Assembly: GCA_902544065.1 (NCBI GenBank)
Contig: CACCAS010000003.1
Span: 4,492-68,491, forward strand
Source of the DNA: an uncultured Pelagibacteraceae bacterium
Lineage (GTDB): Bacteria; Pseudomonadota; Alphaproteobacteria; Pelagibacterales; AG-422-B15
Direction: 5' to 3'
Length of the DNA: 64,000 nucleotides
Numbering within the stretch: position 1 is the stretch's first letter; every line of letters begins with the position of its first letter. This document shows, one piece after another, positions 41,986 through 52,167 of this stretch. A program made the position numbers and the translations under genes. The notes under the pieces are model-generated. The model made no database searches. It saw only the letters and a list, made by a program, of their open reading frames with translations, and was not told the origin of the DNA.

Positions 41986-43112
41986 GCAATCTTTCTCACA
42001 ATAACATTCCCCACAGAATAACCTGCCCCAAAAGAGCAAATTATTGCAAGATCATCTTTTTTTAGTGAGTTGTTATGTTTATGAAAAGCAATTATTGAAC
42101 CTGCAGAACTTGTGTTAGCATATTCATCAAGAACGACGGGAGCTAGATCTCTAGACGCTTCTTTGCCAAGTACATATTTAGAAATAAGAACATTCATATT
42201 TTCATTTGCTTGATGTAAATACATTCCCTTTAAATCCTCGGCGGAAAGTTTATTTTCTTCTAAATGACCCTTTATTAAATTAGAAACTTTAGGGATGACT
42301 TCTTTGAATACCTTCCTTCCGTTTTGATGGAACAGTTTATCTGCCTTACCGACTCCTTCAGGAGATGAATTATTCAGAAATCCATAATTATTTCTTATAT
42401 TATTAGAAAACTCTGTAAGAAGCTTTGTCCCAAGTATTTCATACGAATTATTTTTATGAATTTCTTTATTTATTCTCTCTAAAACTACGGCTGTTGCAAC
42501 ATCACCAAATATAAAATGACAGTCCCTATCTTTGAAATTTAAATGACCAGTACAAATCTCTGGGTTGACCATTAAGGCTGATTTGATACTCCCACTTTTT
42601 ATCATGTCAAAAATGGCTTGAATTCCAAAAGTGGCTGAGGAACAAGCAACATTCATATCGAATGCAAATCCATCTATGCCTAACTCATTTTGAATTTCAA
42701 TAGCTATAGCAGGGTAGGCACGTTCTAAATTTGAGCATGCAACAATTACCGCATCTATCTCTTTAATATCGATTTGGGAATTCTTTATAGCCTCTTTTGC
42801 GGCAACTACTCCCATTTCTGCAAGATTGGATATTTGATCCTCAGATCTTTCAATAAGTCTCGGACGCATAAAGGATGTATCCAAAATTCCTGATTTATTT
42901 TGAACATATCTTGATTTTACACCTGATGCTTTTTCAATGAACTCTGAACTAGATTTTTCAAGCGGCACAATGCTTCCATTATTTATATCGCTAGCGTTTG
43001 ATAAATTATATTCATCCACATACTTGTTAAATGAGTCGACTAATTCTTCGTTAGAAATTTTTTCTTTGGGTGTGTATAGTCCAGTTCCCGAGATTTGTAC
43101 TTTAAACATCAA
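41982..43112 (-). CDS. Beta-ketoacyl-ACP synthase III-like condensing enzyme (long form, 376 aa)
   Basis: Active-site Cys (NVACSSATFG), His (YLHQANENMN), Asn (YANTSSAGSI), C-terminal FGAGYS. Confidence 0.75.
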   Translation of the reverse strand: MMFKVQISGTGLYTPKEKISNEELVDSFNKYVDEYNLSNASDINNGSIVPLEKSSSEFIEKASGVKSRYVQNKSGILDTSFMRPRLIERSEDQISNLAEMGVVAAKEAIKNSQIDIKEIDAVIVACSNLERAYPAIAIEIQNELGIDGFAFDMNVACSSATFGIQAIFDMIKSGSIKSALMVNPEICTGHLNFKDRDCHFIFGDVATAVVLERINKEIHKNNSYEILGTKLLTEFSNNIRNNYGFLNNSSPEGVGKADKLFHQNGRKVFKEVIPKVSNLIKGHLEENKLSAEDLKGMYLHQANENMNVLISKYVLGKEASRDLAPVVLDEYANTSSAGSIIAFHKHNNSLKKDDLAIICSFGAGYSVGNVIVRKIA

Positions 43113-43210
43113 AATAAGTATACTTAATGGAAACTGAATATGGCAATTAACTTTTTTAACTGATTATTACAAGGTGTAACTGACCCCATAATGAGGCCAG
43201 TTAAATATCC

Positions 43211-43327
43211 TTATATTCCCGGAATATAAGGAACACCGTCGCCCTTAACTGTCTCATTTATGCTTTGTAAAGTGGTACAAGCGGAAATCATGAAACTAAA
43301 AGCTAAAACTGTAAGAGTAGTACGCAT
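43211..43327 (-). CDS. Small (38 aa) lipoprotein
   Basis: Not in the ORF track (under 60 aa). My translation is MRTTLTVLAFSFMISACTTLQSINETVKGDGVPYIPGI, with lipobox ISAC and a strong AGGAGA 6 nt upstream of the ATG. Confidence 0.5.
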   Translation of the reverse strand: MRTTLTVLAFSFMISACTTLQSINETVKGDGVPYIPGI

Positions 43328-43398
43328 GCTTATTCTCCTGTTGATTTATAGATACTATATTTATTTCAATGCCAAATACAATTAATATATCAAGAAAT

Positions 43399-43647
43399 AT
43401 GAAATTCTTTGTTTATATCATTGGAACAAAATACCCAAAAGTACAAACATATGTAGGATGGAGTAATGATATTAAAAAAAGACTAAAAGCACATAATGAA
43501 TCTAAAGGAGCAAAGTTTACAAGAGGATCTAAATGGAAATTGTTATATCAAGAAGAGTTATTCTCAAAATCAGAAGCAATGAAAAGAGAGGTACAATTAA
43601 AAAAAGATAGACAATTAAGATCTCAGCTAAGAAATAAATTAATTTGA
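43399..43647 (+). CDS. GIY-YIG (URI) domain nuclease-superfamily protein
   Basis: FFVYII....YVGWSNDIKKRLKAHN...GAKFTR......LLY.E.F.SKSEAMKRE.QLKK. Start taken at MKFFVYII (the track start is 43369). Confidence 0.75.
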   Translation: MKFFVYIIGTKYPKVQTYVGWSNDIKKRLKAHNESKGAKFTRGSKWKLLYQEELFSKSEAMKREVQLKKDRQLRSQLRNKLI

Positions 43648-44061
43648 AATGCCATAATTGCTTCTTCCTTTTCTTCTTAGTCCGTATGGACCAGCAATAT
43701 AAATGGTGACTGGTTTGATCCCAGGCTCTAAGTCAACTCTGTGCAGATTGTCAGCACTTCTAAATCCAACATAGAATTTTCCTCTCCAGGTTTTATTTTT
43801 ATTTATATCTGTTTCCCAGTACCCTCCACTAACAATAATTGTTATATATGGAAAAGGATGATTATGAAGACCTACACCATGATCATCATCTAAAATATGA
43901 TGTATTAATATATTAAAAGGAAACCAACGAGGCCTTTTTCTGAATAAGAGATAATATCTTGCTGTCCAAGGCTTTGCCAAGAAATATTCAGGATGTGATG
44001 GACCTCTATCCATAACAACCTTTTTCCTACCTAATTTTTCTAGTATCTTAAGTAAAAGCAT
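43639..44061 (-). CDS. Hypothetical protein with cupin-like His motifs
   Basis: GLHNHPFPYITIIVSGGYWE and NLHRV resemble cupin motifs 1 and 2. The start is trimmed to MLLLK (44061) because the track start (44100) overlaps tRNA-Arg. Confidence 0.4.
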   Translation of the reverse strand: MLLLKILEKLGRKKVVMDRGPSHPEYFLAKPWTARYYLLFRKRPRWFPFNILIHHILDDDHGVGLHNHPFPYITIIVSGGYWETDINKNKTWRGKFYVGFRSADNLHRVDLEPGIKPVTIYIAGPYGLRRKGRSNYGISN

Positions 44062-44085
44062 GTTACTTGAAATAATAATATAGAT

Positions 44086-44162
44086 GCGTCCATAGCTCAA
44101 CTGGATAGAGCATCAGACTTCGGATCTGAGGGTTGAGGGTTCGAATCCTTCTGGGCGCACCA
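44086..44162 (+). tRNA. tRNA-Arg (anticodon UCG)
   Basis: Manual fold: acceptor GCGTCCA/TGGGCGC, D arm gctc-aactggata-gagc, anticodon arm tcaga-cTTCGga-tctga, T arm gaggg-ttcgaat-ccttc, encoded CCA; 77 nt. Confidence 0.9.
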
Positions 44163-44169
44163 AGAAAAT

Positions 44170-44769
44170 ATGAAGATATACAAACCATTTGGACCTACAA
44201 TCGGAAAAACAAAACTGACTTTAAGTGCAGTTGCTCGCCTAAATAAATTTTCTGAACAGGTATCTAATAATAAAAGACTTTCAAAAAGATACGATTATGA
44301 CCACAGATTAGTAGGAAGTATGAAGCAGCAATTTAGGATACCCTCAAAAATCTTAAAAATTGGTATTGAAAAACAAATTATTAAATCTGTAAAAGATTAT
44401 TATGATAAAACACTTAATATTAAAGTAAAAAAAATAAGGATCGAAAAGGCTTGGATCGTCAGTCAATTTGCTGGAGATTTTAATCCACCTCATTTACATA
44501 GAGGTAACATTAGTGGAGTAGGGTATTTAAAGATACCAAGTTCAATTAAACGTAATAAAGAAAAAGATTTAGCTGGTTTAATTTCTTTCTTTGATGGTCG
44601 AGTGTCTCTTCCAAGAAATAGCCCACCGCTCGTGAAACACAGAGAGACTTTTAAGCCCAGAGTGGGTGATTTATATATATTTCCATCATTTCTAATGCAT
44701 GACGTTCACCCTTTTAGAGGAGATGGTGAAAGAAGGTGCTTTTCCTTTAATGCATTTGTTGACGCATAA
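44170..44769 (+). CDS. TIGR02466-like putative 2OG-Fe(II) oxygenase
   Basis: PPHLHRGNISGVGYL ... GDLYIFPSFLMHDVHPF ... RRCFSFNAF matches the H-x-H...SGV.Y / FPS.L.H.V.P / R.S.SFN pattern of this family. Confidence 0.7.
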   Translation: MKIYKPFGPTIGKTKLTLSAVARLNKFSEQVSNNKRLSKRYDYDHRLVGSMKQQFRIPSKILKIGIEKQIIKSVKDYYDKTLNIKVKKIRIEKAWIVSQFAGDFNPPHLHRGNISGVGYLKIPSSIKRNKEKDLAGLISFFDGRVSLPRNSPPLVKHRETFKPRVGDLYIFPSFLMHDVHPFRGDGERRCFSFNAFVDA

Positions 44770-44772
44770 ATC

Positions 44773-45411
44773 TTAGTCAAGCAACAAATTTTTTGTTAAA
44801 ATATTTTCAATTGATTTTTTTGAAATTGAACCTTTTCTTAAAAGGCTTATTTTATTTTTATTCACTTCAACTAAAGTTGATTCTGCAAAGCTCATTCTGT
44901 AGTGACTACTTATCGCGTGGGTAACATCATCATCATGAAGTACGCTAAGATGATTGATATTATTACTATTTTTTTCTTGATGTATATTTGCACTGGTAGT
45001 TGCGAGCGGCTTATTAACGGCCTTAAGCAAGTTCATAACATCTTTATTTTTTGGAATGCGGATTCCTATTTTCGAGAGTCTTTTATCACCGTTATAGATA
45101 TTTCGGTTTTTTTTTCTAAGTATAAGCGTAAGGGGTCCAGGCCAGTAATGTGTTGCTAAGAACTCCTCAATATCATTGAAATATGCATATTTTTTTGCTT
45201 CTTTTATGGACTTTACAAATAAAATAAGTGGATAGGTTCTTGGTCTTTTCTTAATTTTAAAAATATTTTCAACCCCTTTCTCGTTAGTTGCATCTGCTGC
45301 AATACCATAAACGGTATCTGTTGGTATAATTATTGTTTTACCATTCAGTAGACTCCTAGCAGCTAATTTAATAGAGTTTATATTGGCTTTAATTACTTTT
45401 TTTGAATTCAT
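44773..45411 (-). CDS. tsaC: L-threonylcarbamoyladenylate synthase (YrdC/TsaC family)
   Basis: IIIPTDTVYGIAADA, KIKKRP...PL, WPGPLTLIL, SANI motifs; 212 aa. Confidence 0.85.
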   Translation of the reverse strand: MNSKKVIKANINSIKLAARSLLNGKTIIIPTDTVYGIAADATNEKGVENIFKIKKRPRTYPLILFVKSIKEAKKYAYFNDIEEFLATHYWPGPLTLILRKKNRNIYNGDKRLSKIGIRIPKNKDVMNLLKAVNKPLATTSANIHQEKNSNNINHLSVLHDDDVTHAISSHYRMSFAESTLVEVNKNKISLLRKGSISKKSIENILTKNLLLD

Positions 45412-45413
45412 CT

Positions 45414-46346
45414 ATGACACAAACTTTTGTATATTTTGACGACTGTTTTAAAGGTCACGTGCAATCCTTGGATTATCCAGAGTGTTCCGATCGTGTCCAA
45501 AATATCATTGAACTAATAAATAAAAAAGAAGAGTTTAAAAATATAATAATTAAACAACCTAATAAAATAGAGCAATCACTTATTTCTGCTGCGCATGAAG
45601 AGAAATTTGTTAGGGAAACTCTTGCAAGATTTCCATCTGATGATCAAATAGTTTTCTTAGATCAAGAAACTCCAGTTTCAAAAGGTTCTCTGGATGCAAC
45701 CTTAAGAGCCGCCGGAGCGGGAATAGACGCGGTAGATGCTATAATGAGCAATAACATTCACAATGCCTTTTGTATTGTTAGGCCACCTGGCCACCATGCA
45801 TGTTATGATCGATCAATGGGTTTTTGTGTATTTAACAATGTTGCAATTGCCGCACATTATTTAATCAACAAGTATAAGTTTAAAAATATAGCCATTATTG
45901 ATTTTGATGTTCATCATGGAAATGGTACCCAAGATATATTCTATAATAATTCAAAAGTTACCTATTACTCAACGCACCAGTATCCCTTATATCCTGGTAC
46001 AGGTGATGTAAATGAAATAGGAGTAGGTAATATTGTTAATGTTCCACTCACATCAGGAACAAATTCAGATAAATATCAGCAGATATTTGATGAAAGAATT
46101 GTAAAAAAATTAGAGGAGCAAAGGCCAGATTTCCTTCTAATTTCTGCTGGGTTTGACGCGCATACAAAAGATCCCCTCGCCTCGCTGGATCTTGTAGAAA
46201 ATGATTTTAAGCTAATTACATGCAAGTTAAGAGAAATTGCAAATAAATATTGTGGAGGAAAAATAATATCGATGCTTGAAGGTGGTTATGATATAAAAGC
46301 GCTAGAAAATTCAATGATTACGCATCTAAGTGAGCTCCAAAAATGA
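45414..46346 (+). CDS. Histone deacetylase-family amidohydrolase (acetoin utilisation/acetylpolyamine type)
   Basis: RPPGHHA, DFDVHHGNGTQ, SAGFDAH, EGGY motifs. ATG at 45414 (the track's TTG is at 45402). Confidence 0.85.
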   Translation: MTQTFVYFDDCFKGHVQSLDYPECSDRVQNIIELINKKEEFKNIIIKQPNKIEQSLISAAHEEKFVRETLARFPSDDQIVFLDQETPVSKGSLDATLRAAGAGIDAVDAIMSNNIHNAFCIVRPPGHHACYDRSMGFCVFNNVAIAAHYLINKYKFKNIAIIDFDVHHGNGTQDIFYNNSKVTYYSTHQYPLYPGTGDVNEIGVGNIVNVPLTSGTNSDKYQQIFDERIVKKLEEQRPDFLLISAGFDAHTKDPLASLDLVENDFKLITCKLREIANKYCGGKIISMLEGGYDIKALENSMITHLSELQK

Positions 46347-46576
46347 GTAAAATTCCTGAGGAAATAAATAAACTATCTTTTGAAAAAGCAATGGAAGAAC
46401 TATCTGAAATTGTAGAGAATCTTGAAAGTGGGAATATAGATTTAGAAAAGTCTATTGAGTATTATACTAGAGGGTCGCATCTTAGATCTCACTGTCAGAG
46501 GAAATTAGATGAGGCGGTCCTTAAGCTCGACGAAATTAAAGTATTGTCTGATGGAAAAATCTCAAAAAAAAAGTGA
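46343..46576 (+). CDS. xseB: Exodeoxyribonuclease VII small subunit
   Basis: 77 aa; FE.AM.EL..IV..LE.G...LE.S...Y..G pattern. Confidence 0.85.
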   Translation: MSKIPEEINKLSFEKAMEELSEIVENLESGNIDLEKSIEYYTRGSHLRSHCQRKLDEAVLKLDEIKVLSDGKISKKK

Positions 46577-47395
46577 ATGAGGCATCAGACAATTAAAAAA
46601 GATTTGAGAAGTTTTAGTAAAGAATTTAATCCATTTCTAAAAAAAAAATTTATTCTAGATAACAATACTTTAAATCAATCAATAAAATATTCGATAAATT
46701 CTGGTGGTAAAAGATTTAGACCATATTTGGTTTATGTATTTGGTAAAGAATTTCAATTGTCAAAAAATATAATTTTTAATTTAGGTTCTGCTATTGAAAT
46801 GCTGCATAACTATTCATTAGTGCATGATGATTTGCCATCTATGGACAATGATAAATATAGGAGGGGGAAGAAAACAACTCATTACAAGTATAATGAATTT
46901 ACAGCTGTTCTTGCTGGTTGTGGGCTTCTGACAAAATCTTATTTAACTATAGCTAGTAATAAATTTAATTTAAGTGAAGGTAAAAAAATAAAATTGATAC
47001 AGCTATTGAGTGAATTTTCAGGGGAAAAAGGTTTGTTATTAGGACAATATATTGATTTAAGCTCTTCAAATACAAAATTAGAAGAAAGGATTGAGCTAAA
47101 TCAACTCAAAACAGGAATGTTAATGTCATTTTGTTGTCAGGCGGTAGCAATATGTGCTGGAAAAAGTAAAAAAATTGAGAAATCTCTTGCTGATATAGGA
47201 ATGTATATTGGTGAAATTTTTCAAATAAATGACGATTTTGAAGACTTTCCAAGTATGTCAGCAAAAAATAAAAAGTTTCTTGAGAACTACAAATTAAAAC
47301 TTTCTCAAAAAATCATTTCAATTTTCAAAAAAATAAATCTTAAAAATAAGAAAACTTATTTACTTATTAAATTTTTATTAGACCTTAAAGTTTAG
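46577..47395 (+). CDS. ispA: (2E,6E)-farnesyl/geranyl diphosphate synthase-type polyprenyl synthetase
   Basis: GGKRFRP, first Asp-rich motif [17 protein letters not shown], second QINDDFED; follows xseB as in many proteobacteria. Confidence 0.8.
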   Translation: MRHQTIKKDLRSFSKEFNPFLKKKFILDNNTLNQSIKYSINSGGKRFRPYLVYVFGKEFQLSKNIIFNLGSAIEMLHNYSLVHDDLPSMDNDKYRRGKKTTHYKYNEFTAVLAGCGLLTKSYLTIASNKFNLSEGKKIKLIQLLSEFSGEKGLLLGQYIDLSSSNTKLEERIELNQLKTGMLMSFCCQAVAICAGKSKKIEKSLADIGMYIGEIFQINDDFEDFPSMSAKNKKFLENYKLKLSQKIISIFKKINLKNKKTYLLIKFLLDLKV

Positions 47396-48474
47396 CCACA
47401 CTGCGCTTTGTTGCGCATGATATGGTCAGCTAAAACACATGCTGTCATTGCTTCAGCAATAGGAACTGCCCTTAAACCCACACATGGATCGTGCCTTCCT
47501 TTTGTGGATATGGTTGTATTCTTTAATCTATTATTAATCGTTTTTTTTGTTTTTAAGATTGAAGATGTTGGTTTCACCGCAATACTTATATTGATATCTT
47601 GACCGCTTGAAATACCTCCTAAAATGCCACCAGAATTATTCGATGAAAAGGAAATTTTCTTACCGTAAGCTCGTATCTCATCTGAATTTTCTTCACCATT
47701 GATTTCAACAGACTCATTTCCTAAACCAATCTCAACACCTTTAATTGCGTTGATGCTCATCATTGCAGATGCTAATTCAGCATCTAATTTGCCGTATATT
47801 GGTTCACCAAGTCCTGAAGGAACATTCTTTACATTTACGAGTATTCTTGCACCTAAAGAAGTTCCATTTTTACGTGTTACATCTAGATACTCTTCCCATG
47901 TCGATATGATCTTTTTGTCAGGACAAAAGAAACTATTTTTACGAACTTCATTCCATTTAAAATGTCTAGGGTTTATGCTCATCTTCCCAATTTGTGTTAC
48001 TGCCCCTTGTATCAATATCTTTTTCTTTGAAAGATGACTAATAACTTTTCTGGCTACCGCTCCTGCTGCAACACGACTAGCTGTTTCTCGAGCTGATGAG
48101 CGACCGCCTCCGCGGTAGTCTCTTAATCCGTATTTAAGAAAGTAAGTAATGTCTGCATGGCCAGGTCTAAATTTATTCCTTATTTCAGCATAATCTTTGG
48201 ATTTTTGATCCTTATTCCAGATTAGGAGTAAAATCGGTGTACCAGTTGTTTTACCCTCAAAAACTCCAGAGAGAATAGAAACCTTATCATCTTCTTTTCT
48301 CTGAGTTACAAAACGAGAAGTTCCAGGTTTTCTCATATCTAAATATTTTTGGATATCTTTCTCATTGAGAGGAATCATTGGAGGGCATCCGTCTATAACG
48401 CAGCCTATAGCTGGACCGTGGGATTCCCCCCAAGTGGTAAAACGAAACAATTTGCCAAATGTATTATGTGACAT
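47392..48474 (-). CDS. aroC: Chorismate synthase
   Basis: [39 protein letters not shown] motifs. Confidence 0.95.
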   Translation of the reverse strand: MSHNTFGKLFRFTTWGESHGPAIGCVIDGCPPMIPLNEKDIQKYLDMRKPGTSRFVTQRKEDDKVSILSGVFEGKTTGTPILLLIWNKDQKSKDYAEIRNKFRPGHADITYFLKYGLRDYRGGGRSSARETASRVAAGAVARKVISHLSKKKILIQGAVTQIGKMSINPRHFKWNEVRKNSFFCPDKKIISTWEEYLDVTRKNGTSLGARILVNVKNVPSGLGEPIYGKLDAELASAMMSINAIKGVEIGLGNESVEINGEENSDEIRAYGKKISFSSNNSGGILGGISSGQDINISIAVKPTSSILKTKKTINNRLKNTTISTKGRHDPCVGLRAVPIAEAMTACVLADHIMRNKAQCG

Positions 48475-48477
48475 GGT

Positions 48478-49458
48478 TTACTTTTCTCTTATTGCCAAGT
48501 TATCTACTAAACTTGTAAGATACACCTTATATCTATTATCATCAAATTTATTAATACTCGACTTTGCTTTTTCATTATATTTGAGCAGAAAATCAATCGA
48601 CTTTTGATACGCACCAGTTTTTTTCATTAATTTTAACAAAACGGCAAGATCTTTCTTATTTCTTTTTTTCTTAAGGAATAGTTTTGCAATAATTACTTTT
48701 GATTTCTGATCAGAGTCTCTAAAGCATCGGATCACAGGATATGTAACTTTTCCTTCATAAAAATCCTTCCCAATTGATTTACCCATTTTATTTGAATGTC
48801 CAAAATAATCTAAAATATCATCTGATAACTGGAACGACATTCCAAAATAATAACCAAAGTCATTAAATATTTTTTGAATTTTTTTATTTTGATGTGTAAT
48901 TATGGTTGGTAGAAAACAAGACACTCTAAACAGCTCTGCAGTTTTAGCATTAATAATTGCTAAGTATTTTTTCTCACTCAATTTTATGTTCTGGGTATTG
49001 CCAACATCTTGTATTTGACCTCTCGCCAGTACTAGCGAGGTTTGTGATAATATTTCAAGGAGCTTAAGTGATTTATTTTTGACCATGAGTTTAAATGCTT
49101 TACTTAAAAGATAGTCTCCAACAAGCACACTAACTTTATTGCCCCAAATTTCGTTAGCACTTTTTTTACCTCTTCGAATTTTTCCAGTATCTATAACGTC
49201 ATCATGCAATAAAGTTGCGTTATGGATAAATTCAATGCATACCGCCAGTGTTACATCAGCACTGCCCCTATATTTAAGCATTCTGGAAATAATAAGTGTT
49301 AGGAGTGGTCGAATTTTCTTTCCGTCCGAATTGAGTAAGTGCCCTGCAGTTAAAGTTATGAGTTTTTCCTCATCCTTTATATTGTCTTTGATTTCCTTAT
49401 TAACTCTTTTCAAAGAAGACTTTAAGGTTTTCGAAAGGGCATTAATAGGATGACTCAT
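48478..49458 (-). CDS. ispB: Long-chain (octaprenyl-type) polyprenyl diphosphate synthase
   Basis: GKKIRP, LLHDDVIDTGKIRRG, FQLSDDILD; 326 aa. Confidence 0.88.
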   Translation of the reverse strand: MSHPINALSKTLKSSLKRVNKEIKDNIKDEEKLITLTAGHLLNSDGKKIRPLLTLIISRMLKYRGSADVTLAVCIEFIHNATLLHDDVIDTGKIRRGKKSANEIWGNKVSVLVGDYLLSKAFKLMVKNKSLKLLEILSQTSLVLARGQIQDVGNTQNIKLSEKKYLAIINAKTAELFRVSCFLPTIITHQNKKIQKIFNDFGYYFGMSFQLSDDILDYFGHSNKMGKSIGKDFYEGKVTYPVIRCFRDSDQKSKVIIAKLFLKKKRNKKDLAVLLKLMKKTGAYQKSIDFLLKYNEKAKSSINKFDDNRYKVYLTSLVDNLAIREK

Positions 49459-49553
49459 TTAATAAACTAATGTTTTTGTTTCATATTTTGGTGTAGTTAT
49501 AATATAGTCTCGTATTATTAAAAGTTATAGATTTCTGGTAAATAATTTCAAAT

Positions 49554-50360
49554 ATGAGTATCTTTTTAACTAAAACTCGCATTAATATTGTTGGCTTAAG
49601 AGGAGTAATTGGTGACCTTGGTAGGTTTCAAAAAGGACTAACCCTTGAGAATTGTTCAAACATACTCGATAAAACTTTTACTTACAAAAAACCAAACGTT
49701 GTTGTAATCAAAATTAATTCTCCTGGAGGGTCTCCAGTTCAATCAGAGTTGATTTATGATAGAATTAAAACTCTTTCAAACAAAAATAAAGTAAAAGTGA
49801 TTACCATAGCTGAGGATGTTGCCGCTTCAGGAGGCTACATGCTAATGTGTGCAGGTGATGTTCTCTTGGCAAATAAAAGTTCTATTGTTGGGTCAATAGG
49901 AGTGATTAGTGCATCTTTTGGATTTAAAAAACTTATTGATAAAGTTGGCATTAAAAGAAGAGTTTTTACTAAGGGAGATCGTAAATCATTTTTAGATCCT
50001 TTTGAGGAAGTGTCAAAAAAAGATGTATCAAAATTAATAAAGGTTCAAGATAGTATTTTTGAAAATTTCAAAAACTTGGTCCTAAAGAGTAGAAAAAAGA
50101 AGATAAAGCCTGCTCAAGTTTTCAATGGTGAATTCTGGACAGGAGAACAAGGAAAAAATATTGGATTAGTTGACTCTAATGAAAATCTGAATACCTATCT
50201 TGAAAAACACTATGGAAAAAAGATAAAAATAAGACATATTGAAGAAAAAAAATCATTTATAAAAAATCTATTCAGTAGCAGATCTGGTTCCAATGATCTG
50301 ATTGATCAGATTATTCAATCAATTAAGGAAAACTCTTTTTGGAGTCGTTATGGTCTCTAA
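49554..50360 (+). CDS. S49-family serine peptidase (SppA/SohB-like)
   Basis: [12 protein letters not shown] and [13 protein letters not shown] (nucleophile Ser region); 268 aa. Confidence 0.8.
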   Translation: MSIFLTKTRINIVGLRGVIGDLGRFQKGLTLENCSNILDKTFTYKKPNVVVIKINSPGGSPVQSELIYDRIKTLSNKNKVKVITIAEDVAASGGYMLMCAGDVLLANKSSIVGSIGVISASFGFKKLIDKVGIKRRVFTKGDRKSFLDPFEEVSKKDVSKLIKVQDSIFENFKNLVLKSRKKKIKPAQVFNGEFWTGEQGKNIGLVDSNENLNTYLEKHYGKKIKIRHIEEKKSFIKNLFSSRSGSNDLIDQIIQSIKENSFWSRYGL

Positions 50361-51708
50361 AAATATGGAAGACCTTGTTTCCCTTTGTAAAAGACGAGGC
50401 TTTATATTCCAATCAAATGAGATTTACGGTGGACTTCAGGGAGTTTATGATTACGGTCCACTTGGTGTCGAATTAAAAAATAATCTTAAATTGTCCTGGT
50501 GGAAATCAATGATATATGAAAGGGATGATGTTGAAGGCTTGGATGCATCTATCCTTACAGGAAAGCAAGTTCTTAAATATTCTGGACACGAAGATACATT
50601 TTCTGATCCACTGGTCGATTGTAAAAGTTGTAATCATAGATTTAGAGCTGATCAACATAATGCTAATAAATGTCCTCAGTGCGGTTCAACAGATTTAACT
50701 GAGCCGAGGCCTTTCAATTTGATGTTTAAAACTGCAGTTGGACCGGTTGATGATGGTAGTAACTATGCATATTTACGGCCTGAAACTGCACAACAAATAT
50801 TCACTAATTTCAAAAATATTTTAGATTCTACGAATAAAGTAGTACCTTTTGGTATTGCACAGATAGGTAAAGCATTCAGAAACGAAGTGACTCCTGGAAA
50901 ATTTATTTTTAGAGTTCGCGAGTTTGAGCAAATGGAGCTTGAATTTTTTGTTGAACCTGGAAAAGATGAAACGTGGCATGACTACTGGGTTGCTCAAAGG
51001 TACGATTGGTGGGTTCATCAAGGAATTGATCCAAATAATCTTAAAAAACTTAATGTGGAAAATAGTGATTTATCTCATTACTCAAAATCAACAGTAGATT
51101 TGATGTATGAATTTCCTCATGGCTTAGAAGAATTAGAGGGAATAGCCAATAGAACAGATTTTGATTTAGGTTCACATACAAAAAATCAGAGTGAATTTAA
51201 AATTTCTGCAGAAGTTATGGAAAATAAAAATTCAACAACAAAACTTGCTGTTCAAAACTCTGAAAGTAAAGATTGGTTTATACCTTACGTAATTGAGCCA
51301 TCAGCAGGCGTTGACAGGGGGGTTTTAGCACTGTTAAATGAAGCTTACAGAGAAGAAAAGTTAGAAAATGATAATACGCGAATTGTATTAGCACTTAAAC
51401 CACATCTATCTCCTATTAAGGCTGCTGTAATTCCACTTAAAAGAAACAATGAAGAGCTAGTCAACAAAGCGAGAATAATAAAAAAAGATTTACAATCACT
51501 TGGATTGGGTCGAGTAATTTTAGAAAACTCAGGTAATATTGGTAAAGGCTATAGAAGGCATGATGAAATCGGTACTCCAATATGTATAACTGTTGACTTT
51601 GAAACCTTGGAAAATGAGACTGTAACAATTAGAGACCGTGATACAATGCAACAAAAAAGAGTCTCAATAAAAGAACTTATAGCTGAGTACCAAAAGATTT
51701 TTGAATAA
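50350..51708 (+). CDS. glyQS: Glycine-tRNA ligase, homodimeric class II (GlyQS type)
   Basis: [58 protein letters not shown] at 50350 is preceded by ggag (the track start is 50302). Confidence 0.92.
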   Translation: MVSKNMEDLVSLCKRRGFIFQSNEIYGGLQGVYDYGPLGVELKNNLKLSWWKSMIYERDDVEGLDASILTGKQVLKYSGHEDTFSDPLVDCKSCNHRFRADQHNANKCPQCGSTDLTEPRPFNLMFKTAVGPVDDGSNYAYLRPETAQQIFTNFKNILDSTNKVVPFGIAQIGKAFRNEVTPGKFIFRVREFEQMELEFFVEPGKDETWHDYWVAQRYDWWVHQGIDPNNLKKLNVENSDLSHYSKSTVDLMYEFPHGLEELEGIANRTDFDLGSHTKNQSEFKISAEVMENKNSTTKLAVQNSESKDWFIPYVIEPSAGVDRGVLALLNEAYREEKLENDNTRIVLALKPHLSPIKAAVIPLKRNNEELVNKARIIKKDLQSLGLGRVILENSGNIGKGYRRHDEIGTPICITVDFETLENETVTIRDRDTMQQKRVSIKELIAEYQKIFE

Positions 51709-52167
51709 TTAAATATTTCTGCCTGGAAAATCAAATCTTTTGAAGGGCCAGGATTCCTTTAGCCAACTTTTAATTGTAATACCCAATTCAGACTCAAGTC
51801 CGTCTTTCAAAAGATTTTCTTTTATCCAGTAGAATACTTGTACTTCATACTGAGGATTTGCTGATGGATAAATGTAACAGCAACCTATAATTTTATTACT
51901 TTCTGCGGATAAAACAGTATATGCAAAAGAATGACCTAAGGTAAATTCTCTTTGATGCCAGCCGAGGTCAATTAAATTTTCCTCTAAAGTAAGACCTTTT
52001 GGCCATTCACTATTATCCATCAGTTTATAAAGATGATCCACGCTACTCATTACTACCTCATAGTCTTCATCTACATAGTCTATTGTGAGTGGGCGTAAAA
52101 CAAATTTTTTAGTTATGTATTCAATTGGAGCATCAAATCCATTTGGGGTGATCGACCTACTGTACAT
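51709..52167 (-). CDS. Putative GNAT-like acetyltransferase-fold protein
   Basis: 152 aa. Pattern FVLRPLT...DY, GCCYIYP resembles Acetyltransf_3-type proteins. Weak assignment. Confidence 0.4.
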   Translation of the reverse strand: MYSRSITPNGFDAPIEYITKKFVLRPLTIDYVDEDYEVVMSSVDHLYKLMDNSEWPKGLTLEENLIDLGWHQREFTLGHSFAYTVLSAESNKIIGCCYIYPSANPQYEVQVFYWIKENLLKDGLESELGITIKSWLKESWPFKRFDFPGRNI

